DNA from: Alphaproteobacteria bacterium
Lineage (GTDB): Bacteria; Pseudomonadota; Alphaproteobacteria; SHVZ01
Reading direction: 5' to 3'
Length of the DNA: 64,000 nt
NCBI GenBank assembly: GCA_016869285.1
Contig: VGEN01000003.1
Span: forward strand, 150 to 64,149
Part shown: positions 63,185 to 64,000 of the stretch, piece by piece
How positions within the stretch are numbered: position 1 is the stretch's first letter
Layout of the letters: every line of letters begins with the position of its first letter
Notes under the pieces: generated by a model
Database searches by the model: none
The model's input: only the letters and a program-made list of their open reading frames with translations
Told to the model about the DNA's origin: nothing
Position numbers and translations under genes: made by a program

Positions 63185-64000
63185 ATCGGCGCAATATTGG
63201 TTCCGTCGCGGAACCACGCCTCCAGGGTACGGATCGTCAGCGCCACGGCATCATCCGAGGTCTCATGGGTCGAGCCGGCGCGGTGCGGCGTCAGCACGAC
63301 ATTGTCGAGCGCGAGGAGTCGCGGCGGCACCGCCGGCTCGCCGTCGAGGACGTCAAGCCCGGCGCCCCACAGCTTGTCAGCGGCTAGCGCTTCAATCAGG
63401 GCTTCCTGGTCGATGATCGAGCCGCGGCCGATATTGACGACGACTCCGTGCGGCGGCAGCGCAGCCAGAACAGCGGCATTCACGAGATGGCGGGTCTCCG
63501 CGCCGCCGGGCGCGGCGATGACGAGATGGTCGCTCATGGCCGCAAGCGCGCGCACGCTTTCGGCATAGCGATAGGGCACATCCGAGCGCCTGCGGCGGTT
63601 GTGATAGGCGACGCTCATGCGAAAGCCCTCGGCGCGCTTGGCGATTGCGAGACCGATGCTGCCGAGCCCGAGGATGCCGAGCCGCTTGGCGGTAACGCGG
63701 TTGACGAACGGGAAGGGCTGCTTACCCCACTTGCCGGCCCGCACGAAGCGGTCGCCCCGCGTCGTGCCGCGTGCGACATCGAGCAGCAATGCCATCGCCA
63801 TGTCGGCCACGCACTCATCGGCAAGGCCGGCGAGATTGGCAGCGGCAAGGCCGGCAGCCTTGAGCGTGGGCAGGTCGAGCTGGTCGTAGCCGATGCCGAG
63901 ATTGAGGACGAAACGGAGGGCCGGCAGCATCGCCGGCGTCCGTGCGCCGATCTTGTTGGCGGCGATGATGACGGCGGTCCGCTGCCTGACATCGGCGGGC
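63181..64000 (-). CDS. D-isomer-specific 2-hydroxyacid dehydrogenase (NAD-binding), N-terminus beyond window end
   Basis: [16 protein letters not shown] Rossmann motif and catalytic R/E/H region. Frame stays open past base 64000. Confidence 0.8.
   Translation of the reverse strand, partial: PADVRQRTAVIIAANKIGARTPAMLPALRFVLNLGIGYDQLDLPTLKAAGLAAANLAGLADECVADMAMALLLDVARGTTRGDRFVRAGKWGKQPFPFVNRVTAKRLGILGLGSIGLAIAKRAEGFRMSVAYHNRRRRSDVPYRYAESVRALAAMSDHLVIAAPGGAETRHLVNAAVLAALPPHGVVVNIGRGSIIDQEALIEALAADKLWGAGLDVLDGEPAVPPRLLALDNVVLTPHRAGSTHETSDDAVALTIRTLEAWFRDGTNIAPI

Noticed and set aside
60464-63217. 917-aa minus-strand ORF
   Set aside because: Antisense to hutH/hutU, whose plus-strand products are unmistakable.

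Overview
High-GC (about 65-70%) alphaproteobacterial chromosomal segment, Rhizobiales-like by gene content and synteny, with dense coding on both strands. Conserved core genes (proS-lolC-lolD, recG, sdhE-mfd, uvrA preceded by an alphaproteobacterial-type SOS box, hutH-hutU) are interspersed with accessory blocks. These include a minus-strand five-gene operon of a PhyH-like dioxygenase, three tandem amidase-signature paralogs and a metallo-amidohydrolase, divergent from a creatininase-family gene and followed by a tandem RidA pair, an SDR and an ABC importer lacking a binding-protein gene. There is a sugar-acid-like cluster (FAH hydratase, RraA-like aldolase, DgoK-like kinase, SDR). A frameshifted Asp/Glu-hydantoin racemase-like gene sits next to an M20 amidohydrolase and a cNMP-domain/PLP-enzyme pair. 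A vapBC toxin-antitoxin pair with visibly lower GC lies between uvrA and a Dpp-like operon that lacks ATPase genes. Two copies of a G/C-rich REP-like palindromic element family are present. The best candidate for an undescribed system is the lower-GC three-gene module at 38.1-41.4 kb: a TPR protein fused to a putative glycosyltransferase-like domain and interrupted by a single in-frame TAG, a small protein, and a 2-His-1-carboxylate oxygenase-like protein, several using TTG starts. No rRNA, tRNA, CRISPR, transposase or integrase was recognised. All calls rest on reading the translated ORFs and the sequence by eye, with no searches run.
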